A DNA stretch of 61,172 nucleotides, filler included. It is 8 parts of 8 records of this genome, joined end to end, with 100 filler letters (N's around TTAATTAATTAA, not from the genome) between each part and the next. Parts side by side here need not be neighbours in the genome. Positions count along the whole stretch, not along the records: positions 54,051 to 61,172 come from SRR15195285_664; 7 more parts are not named here. One strand, written 5' to 3'. Numbering within the stretch: the first letter of the stretch is position 1; the number at the start of each line of letters is the position of its first letter. Positions 54,052 through 61,172 of this stretch are shown here, piece after piece. Both the position numbers and the translations under genes were made by a program. Under the pieces are notes generated by a model. It made no database searches. It saw nothing but the letters and a program-made list of their open reading frames with translations, and was not told the DNA's origin.

Positions 54052-57000
54052 CCAGAGCCAGAGCCAGAGCCAGAGCTTGAGCCTGAGCCTGAGCCGGACG
54101 ACAGCTCTGCCAGTGCGGGAAGCGAAGGCAGGTCGGATCGAGCACGCAACGCCGCCGCAGATCGGCTGAAGCATATCAAGCACGTGGAGGAGGCAGAGGA
54201 GAAGGCTCAAAATGAAAAGCGGTGGAAGAAGACCAAAACTCCGATGCAGATGGCGTCGTTGTTCACTGCAGCTCAGAATGAAAAGGAGGTACAGGCGGCA
54301 GCCTTGTGGGGCGAAAAGGGCAGCGCGTGGAAGCGTGCCAAGATGGTCAAGCAGATGGCCGGCGCTGTGATTGCAGTGGAAGAAATGTCCGCGGACCTTT
54401 TCATGATGCACCGCAAGGCGACCTACATTCAGGCACACATTCGGTGTTTTTTGGTACGGGCGCGACTTGGAATGGCTCCTGGTGACTCGCTCGTGAACGA
54501 ATCCACGCGACAAATGGTTCAGACTGTTTTAGCCGAGAGGAAGTTGGCTGAAGCTATGGCCCAGCTGACGCCAGAGGCGCAGATTGGCGTGTCCAAAATG
54601 GGCACCCAACTTTGCAACATGACGAAAGAAATCACTTTCAACAACGCGGCGGAACATCTTGTGCTTTGCATCAAGAACCCAAATATGTCCATGCTCGTGG
54701 TGAACTTCGCTCTGACAGGTGGAGGAGGTGGGCGGCCGATTCACCACGCAGCTAGGTTCAAGAACCTAAGGATGACTAACTTCCTGCTGGGACGGGCTGC
54801 TGAGCTCAACTTGCGGGATAAAGCTGGCTGGACGGCGTTGCACCACGCCTGCGCGCCGCCGTTTCCCTCAGCAGCTGCCAACAAAGACGAAGTTCTTGTC
54901 GACGTTGGGGCCGTTGTCCGGAGCTGTACGGTAACGGCCGAGGCTCTGCTGGCTAGAGGCGCAATGTTCAGCGTACCTGATAACCGTGGTTTCACGCCGC
55001 TGCATCTGGTCGCGTTTGAGTGCATCAAGCACATCAACTTTTTCCACATCAACACGAACGATTTAGAGGCTGCAGCTTATGCGCAGTGCTGCTTTCAGAT
55101 GATGGGGTATCTTGTCGACACGGTGGGGTGCAACCTCGGGACTGTAGACCGACGGGGCAACAGTATGCTGGGGACATGCGCGATCGAGGGTGGTCCCGGG
55201 GGTGTCGATGTTGCCGGTTGGTTGCTGGACCGCGGCGCAGACTTCGAGCACGTTAACAAAGAAGGAAAGACATCGTTTTTCTTGGCGTTACAGCATGGCC
55301 ATGGTGGTGTGGCTACATTGCTGAGGGACGTGGGGGCGGACCAGAACGCTGTCGACAAACTCGGTATCACTCCAAAGGAGCATGCATTATTCTTGAGGAG
55401 GATAACGCATCTACTGTATTGTGAAAACTGGCCAAAAGATTTCATGGACGCGCTGAAGGAAGAGAAGCTCTGGACAGGTTGTGAAGTTTCACAAGGCGTC
55501 GACCGCATGAAGCGTGAGCTTACGCAAAAAGAGCAACAGGACCTCAATAATCTGGAGGATCTCATTTCTTCTCCAACATGGAAATGGGGATCTTCGCCGC
55601 CGGCAGGATTTACTGAGTTTCACAATCCAAGTCATCGGGATTTCGAGAGCCCTTTCGAAATTTTTGATCCTGCCTCGCTCGGAAATATGCTTTATTATGA
55701 TTCAATGTGGGTACAAATGGACGATGAAGGTGACGGCATGGTGTCACATCTGGACGTGGATTGTGGATTGTTCTTTGTACCTCTAGCACAAGGTTCCTGG
55801 CGCTGCACATGGCCAGGACGTCTACTTGGCTCTGATGGGCAGGCTGAATGGGTCTTGAACGATGGTATCCAACCGCTGAAATCGTTTAAAGCTCATGAGC
55901 GCGGCATCACAAGCACGGTGGTGATTGCGACATCGACCTCGGGTGAAAGAGAGCTTCTGACAACAATTTCAGAAGGACTGGATGCAAAAATTTGGGATAT
56001 TCCTGCAATGCGATGTGCGGCGACCCTAACCGGGCACCGAGAACGCGTTACTTGCGTTGTGTGCGCATCAAATGTGATATTCACGGGCAGCGTAGACCGT
56101 ACTATCAGAGTGTGGTCGCTGCTCCAGAATGGCGCCTGTGTAGCGGTCTTACGTGGACACACTGATTCAATCACCGCACTGGCTGTCGATAGCGCGGCTA
56201 CTTGGCTTGCATCAGGAGCACACGATGGCTCCATTAGGATATGGCACGTGCCTGCCAGAACGTGCACAGCCGTTTTCGGCGAGAGTCGAAACGTTGGGGT
56301 GGCATCTGCGGCGTTCCCACGCTGCTTGGTTTTGGACGAGAGCCGTTCGCACTTGTACTGTGGACTTCAGAATGGTGAACTGCAGTTGTGGAATTTGCAC
56401 CAGCATCTTGTGACCTTGAAACGTCCCAGTGTAGCCAATCGTACAAAACCAAAGCTGCTCTTACCTGGCAAGCCGGATGAGCTGGTCGAGATGGCACGCG
56501 AAAACGTGACAATCGTACGCAGTGACTTGCAGCCACTATCGGTAGCCCCGTTTGACACATGGGAACACATCAGCCCAGAAAATCAGAAGGTTCTCTTGCC
56601 AGGCTGTGTCTATGTGTACACACTAACCGCGAAAAATTTCGGCGCCCCGCTGAAAACTGTTGTTATAAAGGACATGTTGGAGACTGGGATGAAGTTCGTA
56701 GAATGCCGCCCGGTGGCTGCGTCTGTGCAGTGTAAGCGAGAGTTCAATGGTCGGACGACAGTTCATTGGCAGATTGATAATCTTGGTGTAGCGAAGGAAG
56801 CCGAGTTGTCATTCCATATCATGGCTGACACACAGGGAACAGTCGCCCGCCCGCTCCGATTGATGAAAGGCGAAGGACTTGCTGTGATGCGGATGAAATT
56901 TTTACAAGGGCAGCTGCATTGTGGATTTCAGGGAGGCAACGTAGTTCGGCTGGCTATTCACCACGAAAAGAAGCCAGTAAAGCTCTCGCGTATATTCAAA

Positions 57001-60000
57001 TCAACCCCAGAAGACGATGACCCATGGGCAGTAGAGAGAGTCAAAAAGAAATCATTCTCGATTCGTTTCCTTTGGTGTTGCGTGACCTGTCTGTTGTGCC
57101 GCAGAGGCTTGAAGAAATTGCATTCACGATGCCGTCGTGCTTCTGAGAAGTACAAAGTCAGCCCTGCCCAAGGCAAGAAACCCATAGCTCACATAAAAGA
57201 CACCCAGTTTCTCAATCAGATGACCGACCTAGAAGGCGATCTCGAACGTAGCGTTCTTGTAACCGGATTAGATGGCGATGAGAAGTGGACCACGTTCTGT
57301 GTCGGCAAGCAAGTTTACTCGGTGCCGAAGAGCCAGAAAAAGGAGACTGTCACAAACTATCATCCGATCTCAGTACGCGCTGTAGAGGTGACAAATGGTT
57401 CTATGCTCGCTGGGTACTCTGACGGCGTCATTCGAGTGTGGCCCATGCGGCCACCGAGATCGTGGGAGGATACTGACTTGTTCTTTGTTTTGTTGATCAA
57501 CATTGGATATACGCTGCTCTTCTTCATGTCGTTTCTGTGGTTTTGGCGAGCAGCTCCTGTGGTGAAGAAAGTGCTCTCGTCGATGTCGCCTTGTCAACGG
57601 TGGCGACACCCACTGAAACAGCACCAGCGGCGAGAGCTGATTAAGGATACCGCGATAGCGGCTGCAATCGATGCACTTGCTGTGTTTTTCATAGTTCAGT
57701 ACGCTTTCCTTGTCCCGACATGGACTGCAATCAAGGATCTATGGCGAGTCAAGCCGGACGAGTTTATCAAAGACCCGGACGCGTTTAAATTGGAGGTTGT
57801 CGATGCGTATAGAAATCGGCTGGAGCACCATTTGGAATATCTGGATAGAATCGCGCGCTACCCGCGTGATCGATTGCTGTTGCTATCACATCGCTTTGCA
57901 ACATTTTGCCGTGACGCTCTGTACGGTGGACACAGATCCGAGATAGTGTGCATGGACACGTACGGCACGCGCTTGTTCAGTGCCTGCAAAGCAGGAGTGG
58001 TTGTTGAGTGGAACCCATCTACTATGACAGATATCGTCGGTCAGTGGCTTTATCGGCCTGGCATATCATGCTTGCAGTTCTTTCCGCTGACCAAGAGTCT
58101 GGTAACGTTGTGGATTGGGACGGCCGATGGGCATCTTGACGTGCACATCTTGGGCACAGGAACTTTAATGTGTTCTTTTCACGAAGACCTTGAAATCCAG
58201 CAGAAGTTCGATGAATTGGACGAAGACAAAAGTGGATCGCTAGACGCCCAAGAGTTGGCTCAGCTGATAAAGCAGTTGTTGGAAAGCAGCCGCGCAGAAG
58301 CAGGCAAAAAGCCCATAGCAGAGGGAACAAAGGGCATGCGAAAACTGAAGAATCGATGCCTGGAGATGGCAGTAGAAGTATTGGCCGAAATGGACGACGA
58401 CAATAGCGGCGAAATTGACTTGGACGAATTTTCAATGTGGTGGAAGGCGTACAGGAAAAAGACAAGCCACGGCCTGTTTGCCGGACTATTCAGCGGACAA
58501 TCTGCAGCACCTCATGGTGGCACCCGTGGCGGGGTCATGTGCATAACACCCGGACGTCTTAATGACCATTCCTTTCTTCTTGTTGGCTGGGAAGACGGTA
58601 GTATTGTGAAGATGCAGCTCACGAAGCCAATCGGTGTTTTGCAGACGCGAGAGGTTGAAGTTCTCGGAGAGCTGAAGGGCCACCTAAAGCCAGTCGAAGA
58701 GATCGCCATGCACAACTTTGTAATTTATAGTCGTAGCAAGACTCGTGTGCTAGCTCATAACATCAAGACGCATGAATGCCTCGTCTCCTTCAACGATTCA
58801 GAGGACGATAAAATTGCCGGCTTCGTGTTTCTTAAGGAGCAGATGTTCATGGCTCACAACAGTAATGTTCTTGTGTGGGATCTGACAGAGAGCTTGTACC
58901 GTAAAGATCCGATGAATTTGAATGATGTGCAGCTGACTATTAGTGGTGGAGAGCTGATGACCGTTAAGTCTGGAAAGGTGATTGGTTCGCTCCAGGGGCA
59001 CACGGCACAGGTCACAGCCCTGAAATTGACACAGAAGAGCTTATTTAGCGCATCTGCTGATGGAACAACGAGAGAGTGGAAGTTTGCTCAGCCGTGGGAG
59101 TGCATCAATGTTTTCGACTCGCAGTCTGATCGTGTTGAGCGCATTACCGTGTGCGGCAGACAAATATATTGTTCTCACCCAGATGGTTGCATGAAGGGTT
59201 GGCAGCTTCGGTCTGGCTTCTCAGACGGTGAGAATTCTTCATCAAAGAAAAAAGTCAATGCTGGAGTGACGCAAGCTCTGAATCAGCTGCTCGGTCAAGC
59301 GAAGTCGGCTGCGCGCGACGTGACTGACATCACCTTTGGCCCAACTTCTGGCCGATCTATTGAGGTTTCCTTAGTGCCCCCAGTTGCGGTGACGTGTACA
59401 GCTGCGTTCTCTACAGCTGTGCTGGATGGTCGCATTTATGTGGGCCTGCAGAACGGAGATCTGTGGATACTGGAAGGTAGCAGTGGCAAGAACTTGGCAA
59501 CTGTCCAATGTGGCCACAACAATAGCATTGGATGGTTGATACTCGAGGTGGCCACGATAGCATTTCAAGTAATTCAGCTGGTCGGTCTGAGCTTTTGCGT
59601 GGACAACACCCAGTGGTCTTACACTGGAGCAGCAATCCGACAGTTTTTAGGCCGCCTCGTTTTCCGCGCTCGCGGATTCCATGCTCCTGCATACAAGCCG
59701 ACATTCTTTTTGGCTTCAGCCATATGTGTTCTGTACATCGCCTTGATAGTGATGCAGATCAGGTACAATTTCATCGCGAACATGCTGCTTCGATCGAAAT
59801 ACTGCCAGCGGGCTTATGTGCAACAGCCGTTGGCGCTGCTTAGCAGTATGTGTTGGATGACAATTTGGTTGGGATCATCAGTTTTGATCATTCCTACAAC
59901 TCGTGGACTTGCAGCAACTTTCGACTGTGCGTTTGATTGCTGGACTGGCGAGCACGCACTATATGCAGGAGGAGCTTCGGCGTTGCTTCTGCTCTATGTA

Positions 60001-61170
60001 CCATTTGCTGGTCGCATGGCGTATCTGCACGGCGATGCTCTGCGCCTGGCTCACCGTCGATGGACATCGTGGAAACTGGATAGACACCGCGATGAAGACG
60101 TGAATTTCTTGCTTACGTTCTCCACTGTCTCGAGCAGCACGTGGTTCCTTCCGTTCTCGGTGTACATGAAGATGCTCGCAGCGTTGCTGTCAACGATTAT
60201 CAAAATACCGTCACTAGGTGCATTTGTGCTGTGCGTAATTGCGGTGGCAATGACGGTCGCGTTCGTCGTTGCGACACCGTACCGATCACGAAACGGCAAT
60301 TTAGCGATTTTTGGGGGCTTCTTGGTGTTCGGAGCGAGTAGCATCGCGTCATTTGCTTCAGCCTGGCGCCAGGATTGGCAATTTGACGAGCCGGCTGTGA
60401 AGTTTCTGCTGGTCTGGTTTCCAGTCCTTGTTGGCCCCTTGCTTTTGTTCAACTTTGCAGGCTTTGTGAAGTACATAGCTGGTATCGGCCATGGAATAGC
60501 CGACAGATGCAGCTGTGTTTCCCCGGCCGCGTTTGAGAAGCGCCGGCGACAGAGAGAGCTGCGCTCGAAGATGAAGATGGCTGCCGGTGGTACAGCCGCA
60601 CTGATAGGCATTCTTGGAACTGCGCGCACTGGTCCCGAAGATGGTCAAGTAGCGCCGCAGCCACCAACCCTGCTGGAAAGACTGAAGAAAGCAGAGGATT
60701 TGACACCGTCTGACCCACCTGCTCCGACATTGCAAGGCTTAGCCAAGTCCATGCTCAAGGCTGGAGATGGAGGCGAAGCACCCCAGCCAACGCATGGCTC
60801 TGCCACGGCAGTGCAGTCGACGGAAGGCCCTGACGCAGAACCTCCAAATGCTGACGAGGTAGTCAACGCACCCCCAGTTGCGATTGGATTCAAGAGTAAG
60901 AACAAATGGAAGAAGGTTGGTGTCACGGCGAAAATGGGTGTCATGGCACGAGAAGCAGACATCACGGTTGCTGCAGAGACAATTCAATCCACACGCACAT
61001 GCAAGCAGTCTGTGCAGTATTGTTTTACAAAGGACGCATGGCGCGCTTGCTGTGCGCGCACTTCGCAAATGATGCGCAACCCACAAGAATTCGTAGACGG
61101 CTTCAAACGAATCGGTCATCGCATGGCAGCATGCTGCACTGCCGCCAAAGACACTCTACAAAACCCAAAT
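54052..61170 (+). CDS. Giant IQ-ankyrin-WD40-EF-hand multipass membrane protein (>2370 aa, open at both ends; absent from the ORF track)
   Basis: Manual translation of the frame starting at 54052 shows no stop to the window end. IQ: YIQAHIRCFLVR (~54425). Ankyrin: GWTALHHAC, GFTPLHL (~54730-55380). WD40: KIWD..LTGH..TGSVDRTIRVW, LRGHTDSITAL, LQGHTAQVTAL. EF-hands: DEDKSGSLDAQE (~58219), DDDNSGEIDLDE (~58393). About 7-8 TM helices at ~59530-60470, including FDC..CWTGEH. Confidence 0.9.
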
Positions 61171-61172
61171 CA

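Overview
This window is not one locus. It is eight separate contigs joined by artificial 100-bp linkers (44 N + TTAATTAATTAA + 44 N), so gene neighbourhoods only hold within a contig. The DNA is GC-rich and eukaryotic: it has short GT-AG spliceosomal introns, signal and mitochondrial-type transit peptides, and recurrent (EP)n tracts. It is most likely from a protist; the style is reminiscent of Picozoa-type single-cell or metagenome assemblies, but that is inference only. The strongest candidate for a novel system is an intronless 2684-aa NRPS-PKS hybrid (TE-A-T-KS-AT-TE-KR-T). Its architecture matches Burkholderia BurA, and its adenylation domain lacks the alpha-amino-binding Asp, so it is a candidate eukaryotic DMSP-to-gonyol (sulfonium/betaine-extending) synthase. 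Other unusual genes: (1) a FAD-oxidoreductase/creatininase-family fusion hidden behind an intron; (2) a membrane receptor-like TIR-SAM-EF-hand-OTU protein; (3) an Hsp15/S4-like domain fused to a divergent ribosomal protein uL1; (4) a VCCN-type bestrophin with an EF-hand insert; (5) a >2370-aa IQ-ankyrin-WD40-EF-hand-multipass ORF absent from the supplied ORF track. No rRNA, tRNA or CRISPR array was seen. Family assignments come from motif recognition by eye, not database searches.
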